Shown: piece by piece, positions 1-10,009 of the stretch
Numbering within the stretch: position 1 is the stretch's first letter
How the letters are laid out: every line of letters begins with the position of its first letter
NCBI GenBank assembly: GCA_012034765.1
Contig: JAAUOU010000049.1
Coordinates: 2,274-26,273 of the forward strand
DNA: 24,000 bases
Source: Hyellaceae cyanobacterium CSU_1_1
GTDB taxonomy: Bacteria; Cyanobacteriota; Cyanobacteriia; Cyanobacteriales; Xenococcaceae
Direction of reading: 5' to 3'
The notes under the pieces: generated by a model
What the model was told of the DNA's origin: nothing
Database searches by the model: none
The model's input: only the letters and a program-made list of their open reading frames with translations
Translations under genes and position numbers: made by a program

Positions 1-1330
1 ATAAAGCAAGGGTATGGAAACCGAGAAACAAAGACACCCAACTGAGGTGAGAAATAATTGCCTCTTTGTGGTCTAAAACTCTCGCTAAGACATTATCTCG
101 ATTCAATTCTGGGTCATAGTCTCGGACTAGGAAAATCGCCCCATGAGCAAATGCACCAACCATTAAAAAGCCAGCAATATATTGATGATGGGTATACAAG
201 GCAGCAGTGGTAGTAAAATCCTTGGCAATAAAAGCATAGGGAGGCATGGAATACATATGCTGTGCCACCAAAGAAGTAATTACCCCCAAACAAGCCAGAT
301 GCCATCCCAACTGGAAATGCAGCGAATCATTGTAAGTATCGTAAATTCCTTTGTGTCCCCGACCAGTATTAGGAGCGATAAAGAAACCATCCCAACCAGG
401 GCCAGATAAAGCCTCAGTCATCTCTTTAATATTGTGGCCGATACCGAAATTGGTACGGTACATATGTCCTGCAATAATAAAGATAACGGCGATCGCTAGA
501 TGGTGATGAGCCATATCTGTCAGCCACAAAGACTCGGTTTGGGGATGGAAGCCACCTAAAAAGGTTAAAATTGCCGTTCCAGCCCCTTCTGATGTACCAA
601 AGATGTGTCCTGCGGTATCGGGATTCTGAGCATAAACACCCCAATTACCACTAAAGAATGCTCCTAAACCAGCAGGATGAGGTGGAGTACTTAAAAAGTT
701 ATCCCAGCCTACGTGTTGTCCACGAGATTCGGGAATTGCCACATGAATTAAGTGACCAGCCCAAGCTAAGGAACTAACGCCGAATAGACCGGCTAAATGG
801 TGATTGAGTCGCGATTCGGCATTTTTAAACCAAGCCAAACTGGGGCGGAATTTAGGCTGTAAATGTAACCAGCCAGCAAATAACATTACTGATGCTAGCA
901 GCATCAAAAATATCGACCCCATATATAGCTCATTGTTAGAGCGCATCCCAATGGTATACCACCAATGATAAACACCTGAATAGCAAATGTTAACGGGATT
1001 AGAAGCGCCTGCTTGGGTAAAGGCTTCAATCGCCCCTGGCCCAAATTGTGGATCCCAGATAGCGTGAGCAATGGGCGGAATACTGATTGGATCTTTAATC
1101 CACAGTTCAAAGTTGCCTTGCCATGCGACGTGAAATAATAGTCCCGATGTCCACAGGAAGATAATGGCAAGATGACCAAAATGAGAAGCAAAAATCTTTT
1201 GATAGAGATTCTCTTCCGTCATACCGTCATGCAGTTCAAAATCATGCGCTGTGGCAATTCCGTACCAAATACGTCGGGTAGTTGGATCTTGAGCAAGGTC
1301 TTGGCTAAATTTAGGAAATTTAGTAGCCAT
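1..1330 (-). CDS. psaB2: Photosystem I P700 apoprotein A2 (PsaB), far-red-type paralog. 5' portion only, continuing past the left window edge.
   Basis: Missing from the ORF track because the frame has no stop inside the window. Manual minus-strand translation from ATG 1330..1328 gives [63 protein letters not shown]...[100 protein letters not shown]..., open through position 1. The listed ORFs at 114-1366 are all in other frames. Confidence 0.92.
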   Translation of the reverse strand, partial: MATKFPKFSQDLAQDPTTRRIWYGIATAHDFELHDGMTEENLYQKIFASHFGHLAIIFLWTSGLLFHVAWQGNFELWIKDPISIPPIAHAIWDPQFGPGAIEAFTQAGASNPVNICYSGVYHWWYTIGMRSNNELYMGSIFLMLLASVMLFAGWLHLQPKFRPSLAWFKNAESRLNHHLAGLFGVSSLAWAGHLIHVAIPESRGQHVGWDNFLSTPPHPAGLGAFFSGNWGVYAQNPDTAGHIFGTSEGAGTAILTFLGGFHPQTESLWLTDMAHHHLAIAVIFIIAGHMYRTNFGIGHNIKEMTEALSGPGWDGFFIAPNTGRGHKGIYDTYNDSLHFQLGWHLACLGVITSLVAQHMYSMPPYAFIAKDFTTTAALYTHHQYIAGFLMVGAFAHGAIFLVRDYDPELNRDNVLARVLDHKEAIISHLSWVSLFLGFHTLAL

Positions 1331-1362
1331 AATAGTTGCTTAATTTTTGAAGATTATTGTTG

Positions 1363-1386
1363 GTAGGGGCGAACGATTGTTCGCCC
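1363..1386. repeat. GTAGGGGCGAAC-gatt-GTTCGCCC hairpin element in the psaA2-psaB2 spacer
   Basis: Perfect 8-bp stem GGGCGAAC / GTTCGCCC with a 4-nt loop. It belongs to a family also seen at 12500, 17418, 18300, 18856 and 19424. Confidence 0.8.
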
Positions 1387-1410
1387 TCACAAGTTTGTGA
1401 TTTGGTTTAT

Positions 1411-3741
1411 CTAACCAATTGCTGACATCCTCGCCAGGAAGAATGCCCAAGTGGTGACAATTCCCCCTAGTAGGTAATGAGCTACTCCTACAGCGCGACC
1501 TTGAGTAATACTGAGGGCGCGGGGTTGAATGGCAGGGGTAATCTTGAGCTTGTTGTGGGCCCAAACAATTGATTCGATCAGTTCTTGCCAATAGCCACGA
1601 CCACTAAACAAGAACATGAGACTAAAGGCAAAGACAAAGTGTCCTGCTAAAAACATCAAACCGTAGCCAGAAAGCGCACTATTGTAAGAAGTAATTACTT
1701 GGGAAGCTTGCGCCCAGAGAAAGTCCCGCAGCCAACCGTTATTGGTAATCGAGCTAGTAGCAAAATTACCCGCCGTAATGTGACTGATAGTTCCGTCTGC
1801 GCCTACAGTTCCCCAAACATCGGACTGCATCTTCCAAAAGAAGTGAAAAATTACAATCGATAGAGAGTTATACATCCAAAACAGACCGAGAAAAATATGA
1901 TCCCAGGCTGATACCTGACAAGTACCCCCTCTTCCTGGCCCATCACAGGGGAAGCGGAAACCTAAATCGCCTTTATCGGGAATTAAACGAGAACTACGAG
2001 CATATAAAACGCCTTTGAGTAGTACCAACACCGTGACGTGAATGGTAAAAGCATGAATATGGTGAATCAAAAAGTCTGCCGTCCCCAAGGTAATCGGCAT
2101 CATTGCCACTTTACCCCCAACAGCCAACACTCCCCCACCAAAAGCATAACTTACAGGTTCACTTAACCCAGGTGCAGTAGTTCCCAATCCTCCCAGTGCA
2201 ATATTATTTAAACCACCAAAGACATTCCCTAACGGTTGGGCTGCTTCTAGTGCTGAATTACCAACCGCCATTGTATGGATGTGCTGAATCCACTGAGCAA
2301 AGACGGGCTGTAACTGAATTCCCGTATCCGAAAACATATCTTGGGGACGACCAAAGGCTCGCATTGTATCGTTATGACAATAAATAGCAAAGCTATGGAA
2401 GCCTAAAAATTGACATACCCAGACCAAATGAGAAGTAATAGCATCGCGGTGACGCAGCACTCGGTCTAATAAGTTGTTGACGTTTTCCGCTGGGTTATAA
2501 TCTCGCACCATAAAAATAGCAGCATGAGCAGCAGCACCGACTATCAAAAATCCGCCAATCCAAACATGATGGGTAAACAAAGATAGGGTAGTAGCATAGT
2601 CAGTCGCCAAATAGGGATAGGGTGGCATTGCATACATATGATGTGCCACGATAATGCTAAGAGAACCTAACATTGCTAGATTGATGGCAAGTTGCGCGTG
2701 CCAGGAAGTAGTTAAAATTTCATATAGACCTTTATGTCCTTGACCTGTAAATGGCCCTTTATGAGCTTCTAGTATTTCCTTCATGCTGTGACCAATACCC
2801 CAATTGGTACGGTACATATGTCCCGCAATAATTAAGACCACTGCTAGTGCCAAGTGGTGATGGGCAGTATCCGATAGCCACAAGCCACCTGTAACAGGAT
2901 TCAAACCACCTTTAAAGGTCAGAAAGTCAGAATAGACTCCCCAATTTAGAGTAAAAAATGGTCTTAATCCTTCGGCAAAACTAGGATAAAGTTCAGCCAT
3001 CTTACTAGCATCAATAAATTCATGAGGAAGAGGAATATCCGCAGGAGCAACTCCTGCGTCTAAAAGTTTATTAATGGGTAGTGCCACATGAATTTGATGT
3101 CCTGCCCAGCCTAGTGAACCTAAGCCTAGCAATCCAGCTAAATGATGATTCATCATCGACTCAGCATTTTGAAACCATTCTAATTTGGGGGCGCGGACGT
3201 GATAGTGAAACCAGCCAGCAAAGATCATTAGAGCAGCCATTACTAAACCGCCGATCGCAGTACAATAAAGCTGAAACTCATTAGTAAAACCAGCAGCACG
3301 CCAGAGTTGAAATAAACCAGAAGTGATCTGGATGCCATGAAAACCACCACCCATGTCGCCATTGAGAATGTCTTGACCAAAGATCGGCCAAACTACCTGC
3401 GCGCTGGGTTTAATATTAGTCGGACTGGCTAACCAAGCAGTATAGTTAGAAAACTTGGCACCGTGAAAGTACATTCCACTCAGCCAGACAAAAACTATCG
3501 CTAAATGTCCGAAGTGGGCGGAAAATATTTTGCGGGAAATATCTTCTAAGTCTCCAGTGTGAGTATCAAAATCGTGAGCGTCAGCGTGTAGATTCCAAAT
3601 CCAAGTGGTAGTTTTTGGGCCGCGCGCCAAAGTGCGGTCAAAATGTCCTGGTTTTGCCCACTTTTCAAAAGAAGTAGGTACAGGATTAGTATCTACGACA
3701 ACTTTCGCCTTTTGCTCCGATTCGGAAGGGCTAATTGTCAT
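1411..3741 (-). CDS. psaA2: Photosystem I P700 apoprotein A1 (PsaA), far-red-type paralog
   Basis: 776-aa ORF with a typical PsaA N-terminus ([35 protein letters not shown]) and the FX cluster loop [15 protein letters not shown]. An AAGGAG Shine-Dalgarno sits about 9 nt upstream of the ATG on the minus strand. Confidence 0.97.
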   Translation of the reverse strand: MTISPSESEQKAKVVVDTNPVPTSFEKWAKPGHFDRTLARGPKTTTWIWNLHADAHDFDTHTGDLEDISRKIFSAHFGHLAIVFVWLSGMYFHGAKFSNYTAWLASPTNIKPSAQVVWPIFGQDILNGDMGGGFHGIQITSGLFQLWRAAGFTNEFQLYCTAIGGLVMAALMIFAGWFHYHVRAPKLEWFQNAESMMNHHLAGLLGLGSLGWAGHQIHVALPINKLLDAGVAPADIPLPHEFIDASKMAELYPSFAEGLRPFFTLNWGVYSDFLTFKGGLNPVTGGLWLSDTAHHHLALAVVLIIAGHMYRTNWGIGHSMKEILEAHKGPFTGQGHKGLYEILTTSWHAQLAINLAMLGSLSIIVAHHMYAMPPYPYLATDYATTLSLFTHHVWIGGFLIVGAAAHAAIFMVRDYNPAENVNNLLDRVLRHRDAITSHLVWVCQFLGFHSFAIYCHNDTMRAFGRPQDMFSDTGIQLQPVFAQWIQHIHTMAVGNSALEAAQPLGNVFGGLNNIALGGLGTTAPGLSEPVSYAFGGGVLAVGGKVAMMPITLGTADFLIHHIHAFTIHVTVLVLLKGVLYARSSRLIPDKGDLGFRFPCDGPGRGGTCQVSAWDHIFLGLFWMYNSLSIVIFHFFWKMQSDVWGTVGADGTISHITAGNFATSSITNNGWLRDFLWAQASQVITSYNSALSGYGLMFLAGHFVFAFSLMFLFSGRGYWQELIESIVWAHNKLKITPAIQPRALSITQGRAVGVAHYLLGGIVTTWAFFLARMSAIG

Positions 3742-3966
3742 TTATATTCTCCTTCACTAGTTAATGGTTATTGGTTATGTACTGTCAATTGCCAACAACT
3801 AATGATAATTAAATGTATTTTGGGTGTAGATTTGCCTATTGTTTTAAACCTGCGCTCTGTAGTGGCGCAGAGGTATAATCGCACTCTTCATTTAGCTTAT
3901 TTCTAGCTAAAACTGAATTGATTTTCTTGGAACGTACTAAATCTGCGTTGTGCAATTTCATCACCA

Positions 3967-4018
3967 TAATTCCTTGCTAAAGGGTAAACATCGACTATTA
4001 CTGCGGTTTCCGAGGCCA
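3967..4018 (-). promoter_or_regulatory. Conserved upstream element, copy 1, oriented toward psaA2
   Basis: The reverse complement reads TGGCCTCGGAAACCGC-AGTAATAGTCGATGTTT-ACCCTTTAGCAAGGAATTA. The same two boxes recur at 10010..10068 and 11299..11352. Confidence 0.6.
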
Positions 4019-4599
4019 AAGGTAATAGAACGACTTTAATAAATTCAACTACTAATCAAACGGGTTTTGTTCGATTGCTTAATTTGTATGATGTTGGAAA
4101 AAAACTAAGTTTTGTGATGCAATATCATAGATTGCTCTATTTAAACTTATATCAAAAGACAATGATTAATTACAAAATGATGCTTTTGTTTTTACAAAAC
4201 TTTAACACTTGAGTATAAAAGTTACTAGGGTTAGTTGTTCTGAGCTTTAAAACCATTTATATATGTATATGGCTTTGATAGAAAAAACAAAATAGATAAT
4301 TATTAAAAATAATCAGTAAAAAACAGCTAACAGGAGCTAAAAGTCAACAATTGTTAAATATCTGAATATTTTTTCAAGTTTTTATGTAGAAGTAGAAATA
4401 AGCTGTTATTCATTTATTTTGATCGCTCACAAGCCTTGCTGCAAAGATTCTAGACTTTGAAAATCCTAATTTAAATGCATGTCAGCTTAATATCAATTTA
4501 TTTGAATCAGACAATAATTAGATAACATTATTTATTCTTTGAGGCATAAAGTCACTTATCTTTGAATTTAAAACTAACATATATTTTGGTTTGCATTTT

Positions 4600-6461
4600 A
4601 TGAAAATCTTATTAGTTGAAGATGATGAACTTATTGCTCAAACCCTAGAAAATGTTTTGCGCGATCGCACTATATAGTCGATCGTGCTGATGAAGGTGAT
4701 TTAGGTTGGGAGTTTGTCGAGGCTTATGATTATGATTTAATTTTGCTCGATATTATTTTACCTAAACTAAACGGAATAGAGTTTTGTAAAAGATTGCGTT
4801 CGGCGGGAAATCAAACTCCAGTATTATTATTGACTGCCCAAAATTCTAGTGATAAAAAAGTAATTGGGTTAGATGCAGGAGCAGATGATTATGTCGTCAA
4901 ACCTTTTGAAATTACCGAATTATTAGCTCGTATTCGTGTTTTATTACGTCGCACAAATTCTTTGTTGTTACCAGTTTTACAATGGAGAGAACTGAGCCTT
5001 AATTCTAGTATTCACGAAGTAGTTTATCAAGAAAAAATACTAAATTTAACTCCCAAAGAATATCGTTTATTAGAGCTTTTCTTACGCAGTAGCGATCTTG
5101 TTTTGACAAAAGAAATGATCTTAGATCGTTTGTGGGACATAGAAGAAGCCCCTAGTGAAAATGCGATAGCGGTTCATATTAAAGATTTACGGCGCAAACT
5201 AAAACAAGCAGGTGCTAGTACTGATTTTATTGAAACTGTTTATGGTATTGGTTATCGTCTTAAGGCATTCAATACCGATACTGCTGCTGAAAAAAGAGAA
5301 AAAAAAGAACCGCAAACAGAACAATTATTGCGCCAACAAATCAAGCAAAAATTAAACACAGTTTGGGAAAAGTTTGAGGACGTAAATAGTGATCGCTTGA
5401 CAATTCTGGAACAAGCAAATCATGCTTGGCTAGCGGATAGTTTAGAAAGTCAGCTTTTAGAACAGGCACAATGGGCTGCTCATAAGCTAGCGGGAGGATT
5501 AGGGGTGTTTGGCTTTGCCCAAGGCTCTCGTTACGCCCTAGAGATGGAAGAATTATTAAAAATCGAATCCAAAACGGATCGAGGGAGAGAATTTTCGGAA
5601 CTATTAGCAGCTTTAAAAAATTCCTTAAAATCTGATCTTGAGCCACAATTAAACCCAGTAAATCAAAATCGACCAGTAATCTTGGCGGTAGATAATCATC
5701 CCCAACTAGTAAAGCAATTAGTCGCTGAGATGAGCGCGCTCGACATGAGCTTTCAACTGGTAAAAAAGCCCATATCTCTGAAAAAGGCTTTAGCCAGGAC
5801 TAGTCTTAATGCTATTATCTGGGATTTTTCCCTGGCTAACTTTACTGCCAAAACCATCGATGAATTTGCTCAAATCCTGGCAGAGAGCTTGCCCCTACCA
5901 ACAATCTTATTTACCGACTCTGAAGAAGAAGCAGCAAAGCTCAAGAACATAACTTCTTTACGGTTAAAAATCGCCCGTCTCAATCATCACATCTTGCTAC
6001 AGCGGGCTAGTTTGGATATGCAGGCTACCAAATCAATCGTCAAAGCTTTACAACAATTTCAGCAGAAAGTTGCCAAAATTCTGGTGGTAGATGATGATCC
6101 ACAGATCCTGGCGACGATCAAAAATTTACTAAACCCCCTCAACATCGACTTGACTGTTTTAGATAAATCCCTAGATTTGTGGCAGATAATCCCTGAATTA
6201 AAGCCAGATCTACTAATCTTGGATGTGGCGATGCCTGACCTAAATGGGATTGAGCTATGTCAACTACTGCGAAATGATTGCCGTTGGCAAGAGTTACCAA
6301 TTTTGTTTTTGACAATTCACAATGACCTTACTACTGTTCAGGAAATTTTAAGAGCAGGTGGTAATGATTGTATTAGTAAAACCCAAACTTCCTCACAATT
6401 AGTTCCTAAAATATTTAATCACCTTAATCGGGGTCAATTACTTACCAGCTTAGTTTCATGA
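4600..6461 (+). pseudogene. rfpB: RfpB-type response regulator (REC, OmpR-type winged helix, HPt-like segment, degenerate REC, REC). The reading frame is broken near 4668 as sequenced, possibly by a sequencing artefact.
   Basis: ATG 4600 opens MKILLVEDDELIAQTLENVLRDRTI* with the stop at 4675. The receiver continues in another frame (HYIVDRADEGDLGWEFVEAYDYDLILLDIILPKLNG...), which is the listed 4743..6461 ORF. Winged-helix segment: LTPKEYRLLELFLRSSDLVLTKEMILDRLW...VYGIGYRL. C-terminal REC: KILVVDDDPQ...DLLILDVAMPDLNG. Confidence 0.85.
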
Positions 6462-8980
6462 ATAATGAACAATTAAATTTTAAGCAACCACAGCATCCTC
6501 AAAGGATTGCTAACGACAAAGCTGATTCTCTAGAGATGTTGCTGCATCGGATGATTAATCGCATTCGACAATCTTTGGAATTGTCGGTCATTCTCTCTGG
6601 CACTACTGCAGAGGTGCGATCTTTTTTAAGAACAGATCGAGTTAAAATTTATCAATTTAAACCAGATGGTAGTGGAGAAGTTGTAGCTGAATCAAGGTGC
6701 GATGACCAAATAAATCATCATTTGCCATCTTTATTGGGTCAACATTTTCCAGAGGAAGATATTCCTCCACAAATCCGCGAACTTTATCTTAAAGATCGCC
6801 ATCGAACTATTGTGAATGTTGCTGCCAACCAAATCGGTATCAGCACCTTAACTGATGAGCATGAGGGTGAATATATTCAATTTCGCACTGTCGATCCTTG
6901 TCATGCTGAATATTTAACGGCAATGGGAGTTCAGTCTTCTTTAGTAGTGCCGATTATTGATGAAGACAACCTTTGGGGATTGTTGGTTTCTCATCATCAT
7001 TGTCCTCGTATAGTGACCGCGAGAGAATTAGAAGTAGTTCAGTTAGTTGCGGATCAAACCTCAATTGCGATCGCTCAATCCAATTTATTAGAATCTGCCC
7101 GCGTCCAAGCCAAGCAAGAAGCCTCAATAAATCTGGTTGGTCAGTCTTTACATTCGATGACTCCCATGCAGCTACAACAGGCTTTGCAGCAAACTGTGGT
7201 GGCTTTACAAGGATCGGGAGGTAGAGTTTATATTGCCCCGCCCAATTCTGATTCAGAAGCACAATTATATGTTTCTGGAGAACAACCTATATTGTTACCC
7301 AGAAAAAAGAAAGCATCAATTCCTTTGGAAGAACATCCAAACTGGCAAACCTGGCTCAAACAAGCGATCGAGAGTGACAGTGTAATTCAACCCTGGGCGA
7401 TTGGTTATGCCAGCTCAAAAAGCATCGTTGAATTAGCTTTAAATCTGTTACCGTCGCAGCTAGAAAGAGCCTTTAAACCGACTAATATCAAAAGTATCTT
7501 AACGATTAGGTTAGAACATCGGCAAAAAATCTTAGGTTATCTCAGTATTTTTCGCCAGGGTGTAGATATTGAGACTATTTGGGCAAAACGTCCCGATCGC
7601 GATGATCCTCGTAATCAATTTCCCCGTCAATCTTTTGAGACTTGGCGCGAACTCCAGCAAAATAAAGCCCGTCAATGGGAGAAGAGAGAAATTGAACTAG
7701 CACAAATTCTAGGTAGTCACTTTGCGATCGCTATTTTTCAATATCAACTATACCAGCAGATTCGCACTCTTAACGCTTCCTTAGAACAGCGAGTGGAAGA
7801 ACGAACAACGGAGTTACAACAAACCAATCAGCAATTAGTCCAGGAAATAAGCGATCGCTTAAAAACCAGAGACTCCCTGGAAAGACTAAGTCATCAAAAT
7901 GAATTGATTTTAAATTCAGCAGGAGAAGGCATTTATGGACTCAACCTAGAAGGGATCACTACCTTTGTTAACCCCGCTGCTGCGGAAATGCTGGGATATC
8001 AGATAAATGAATTAGAAAACCAGCCGATGCACGAGATGGTCAATCACTCGACAGCAGAGGGAGTTGTCTATGCTTGGCAGGATAATCCCATTTATCAAAC
8101 CATCCAAACTGGCGAGATACACCACGTAACTAATGAGGTATTTTGGCACCAAGATAAATCTAATTTTCCCGTAGAATATGTTAGTACTCCCATTAAAGAA
8201 AAAGAGCAGATCGTAGGGGCAGTAGTAATTTTCAAAGATATTACCGAACGACAAATTATGGATCGGATGAAGGACGAATTTATTTCGGTAGTTAGTCATG
8301 AACTGAGAACCCCCCTAACTTCTATTCGTAGTGCGATCGGCGTGTTGTCTAGTAGTGGTTTAGATCCAACATCGAGCAAAAGTCAACGCTTATTAGAAAT
8401 TGCCCTCGATAATTCCAATCGTCTGGTGCGTTTAATTAATGACATTTTAGACTTAGAGCGCATTAAATCTGGCAGAGTAACTATGGTTAAAGGAAGTTAT
8501 GGTGCTACAGAAGTAATGATTGATGCCGTAGAGATCATGCAAGGGATAGCGGATAAAGCTCAGATCCAACTAGCCATACAACCATTATCAGTTCAAGTGC
8601 GAATCGATCGCGATCGCATTATTCAAACCCTCACCAATATAATTAACAATGCTATCAAATTTTCTTCCCCTCATACTTCCGTTGAGATAGCTGCCCAGCT
8701 AATCAGTAATGATATAGTCAGATTTCAGGTGAGAGATCGGGGTAGAGGCATTCCCCAAAAAAACTTAGAAACAATCTTTGATCGTTTTCAACAAGTTGAT
8801 GCTTCCGATTCGCGAGATCAAGGGGGAACGGGTTTAGGGCTGGCAATTTGTCGCAGTATCGTCCAGCAACATGGTGGTCAAATTTGGGTGGAAAGCACGT
8901 TAGATCAAGGTAGTACATTTTATTTCACTTTGCCAATTGGTTATCAAGTCGATACTAGGAAAGAACAATCTCATGACTAG
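6458..8980 (+). CDS. rfpA: RfpA-type knotless phytochrome histidine kinase (GAF with Cys-His bilin motif, GAF/PHY, PAS, HisKA, HATPase)
   Basis: 840 aa. GAF motif FRTVDPCHAEYLTAMGVQSSLVVPI with Cys codon at 6899..6901. PAS segment NSAGEGIYGLNLEGITTFVNPAAAEMLGY. H-box FISVVSHELRTPL with His codon at 8297..8299. G-box GGTGLGLAICRSIVQQHGGQIWVES. The start overlaps the rfpB stop as ATGA (6458..6461). Confidence 0.9.
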   Translation: MNNEQLNFKQPQHPQRIANDKADSLEMLLHRMINRIRQSLELSVILSGTTAEVRSFLRTDRVKIYQFKPDGSGEVVAESRCDDQINHHLPSLLGQHFPEEDIPPQIRELYLKDRHRTIVNVAANQIGISTLTDEHEGEYIQFRTVDPCHAEYLTAMGVQSSLVVPIIDEDNLWGLLVSHHHCPRIVTARELEVVQLVADQTSIAIAQSNLLESARVQAKQEASINLVGQSLHSMTPMQLQQALQQTVVALQGSGGRVYIAPPNSDSEAQLYVSGEQPILLPRKKKASIPLEEHPNWQTWLKQAIESDSVIQPWAIGYASSKSIVELALNLLPSQLERAFKPTNIKSILTIRLEHRQKILGYLSIFRQGVDIETIWAKRPDRDDPRNQFPRQSFETWRELQQNKARQWEKREIELAQILGSHFAIAIFQYQLYQQIRTLNASLEQRVEERTTELQQTNQQLVQEISDRLKTRDSLERLSHQNELILNSAGEGIYGLNLEGITTFVNPAAAEMLGYQINELENQPMHEMVNHSTAEGVVYAWQDNPIYQTIQTGEIHHVTNEVFWHQDKSNFPVEYVSTPIKEKEQIVGAVVIFKDITERQIMDRMKDEFISVVSHELRTPLTSIRSAIGVLSSSGLDPTSSKSQRLLEIALDNSNRLVRLINDILDLERIKSGRVTMVKGSYGATEVMIDAVEIMQGIADKAQIQLAIQPLSVQVRIDRDRIIQTLTNIINNAIKFSSPHTSVEIAAQLISNDIVRFQVRDRGRGIPQKNLETIFDRFQQVDASDSRDQGGTGLGLAICRSIVQQHGGQIWVESTLDQGSTFYFTLPIGYQVDTRKEQSHD

Positions 8981-9341
8981 AAAAATTTTAATTATCGATG
9001 ATGATGACGATATTAGAGAGGCTACCCAACTTTGCTTAGAAATCGTTGGTAATTGGGAAATTGTGACCGCAAATTCGGGAAAAACAGGTTTGGTTGTGGC
9101 GATCTCCCAGCAACCAGCTCTAATTTTGCTCGATGTAATGATGCCAGATATGGATGGTTTAGAAACTCTCAAACAATTACAAGTTAACGCTGTAACTAAA
9201 GACATTCCAGTTATGTTCCTCACGGCAAAAGCCCATCCAGCCGAACAGCGTCAATTTACCCAATTAAAAGTATCAGGGGTGATTACTAAACCCTACGATC
9301 CTTTTGAGCTATCAAATCGCATCGCTAAGGTTTTAGCTTAA
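8973..9341 (+). CDS. rfpC: RfpC-type single-domain CheY-like receiver
   Basis: MTRKILIIDDDDDIREA...LILLDVMMPDMDG...VMFLTAK...VITKPYDP has the full set of receiver signature residues. The preferred start ATG 8973 overlaps the rfpA stop (8978..8980) by 8 nt. The ORF-track start at 8937 only adds non-receiver residues inside rfpA. Confidence 0.85.
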   Translation: MTRKILIIDDDDDIREATQLCLEIVGNWEIVTANSGKTGLVVAISQQPALILLDVMMPDMDGLETLKQLQVNAVTKDIPVMFLTAKAHPAEQRQFTQLKVSGVITKPYDPFELSNRIAKVLA

Positions 9342-9463
9342 CTCAACACAGATGATCTTATCGAAGATAGAAGCGTAAGATCGCGATCTGGTGCTTCATT
9401 GGTTATTCAGATTTGTTGTTTAGTATTCAATTAAGAAAATGTCACACTGTTGACAACTTAGAG

Positions 9464-9874
9464 ATGCTAACACCAACAGATGTCCCGTCAATGCCAATTG
9501 AAACTCGACGTATTTTACTAATTCATACTGATGATGCAATCGCCGAAATGATGCTGCTTTGTCTTGAGACTATTCCCGACTCGGAAGTAATAACGGTAGA
9601 TTCTGGTCTGGAAGGAATTGAGAATGCTTCAGCAGCAGATGTTATTCTCCTCGATATTGATGAAACAATGCCCGATTTATGTTGGAGAGAAATAGTCCAA
9701 AATTTAAAACAAAATTCCTCAACTAATTCCATTCCTCTTATTCTTTTGACAGCTACACCTCAATCTCAAGAGCTACTTGAGTTTCAGCAAAATGAAGAAC
9801 TAAAAGCGATCGCCAAATCCTTCGATCTTCTAAATCTAGTCAATCAGATTTCTCTCCTACTCAACTGGAATTAA
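9464..9874 (+). CDS. Divergent single-domain receiver (CheY-like) directly downstream of rfpC. The start is uncertain: ATG 9464, ATG 9491 or the listed TTG 9413.
   Basis: RRILLIHTDDAIAEMML...ADVILLDIDETMPDL...IPLILLTATPQ...KAIAKSFDLL keeps the acidic pair, the phospho-Asp, the Thr and the Lys positions of a receiver, but with low overall similarity to RfpC. Confidence 0.6.
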   Translation: MLTPTDVPSMPIETRRILLIHTDDAIAEMMLLCLETIPDSEVITVDSGLEGIENASAADVILLDIDETMPDLCWREIVQNLKQNSSTNSIPLILLTATPQSQELLEFQQNEELKAIAKSFDLLNLVNQISLLLNWN

Positions 9875-10009
9875 TTAATACGAACTATTAATTTACCGAT
9901 TATTTACCTTCTTCATAAGTTTTTCAGATTGGTTAGGTAATATTTTTGCAATGGATGTAAATTAGTTGCCATCCAGTTAGAATTCTTTCAGTGATAACCC
10001 CATCGTTTC

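Noticed and set aside
114-1366. Listed ORFs 114..305(-), 182..409(+), 426..644(-), 904..1191(-) and 1172..1366(+)
   Set aside because: All are out-of-frame or antisense shadows of the psaB2 reading frame, which starts at 1330 on the minus strand and stays open to position 1. Their sequences have low complexity and no motifs.
1340-3906. Listed ORFs 1340..1591(-), 2196..2387(+), 3081..3284(+) and 3643..3906(+)
   Set aside because: They overlap the strongly supported psaA2 CDS in other frames or on the other strand, with no independent start signals or recognisable domains.
3836-3967. A 43-codon ORF (MVMKLHNADLVRSKKINSVLARNKLNEECDYTSAPLQSAGLKQ) on the minus strand starting at the end of element copy 1, and a 26-codon ORF at 10075..10155 after copy 2, considered as leader peptides
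   Set aside because: The two peptides are unrelated to each other, lack distinctive composition, and I cannot test their conservation. They are kept only as a note within the conserved-element finding.
4454-4565. CTTTGA hexamer repeats upstream of rfpB as an OmpR-type binding site
   Set aside because: Short AT-rich hexamers are expected by chance in this very AT-rich spacer, and their spacing is irregular. They are mentioned only as a low-interest note.
4743-6461. TTG 4743 as the genuine rfpB start
   Set aside because: It would begin in the middle of the receiver beta3 strand (LLDIILP). The missing beta1-alpha1-beta2 is encoded just upstream, partly in another frame.
5341-9732. Antisense or out-of-frame ORFs inside rfpB, rfpA, rfpC and the extra receiver: 5341..5646, 6954..7262, 6973..7224, 8012..8299, 8718..8918, 8900..9223 and 9523..9732
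   Set aside because: They are shadow ORFs within well-supported domain-containing genes, and none has a recognisable motif.
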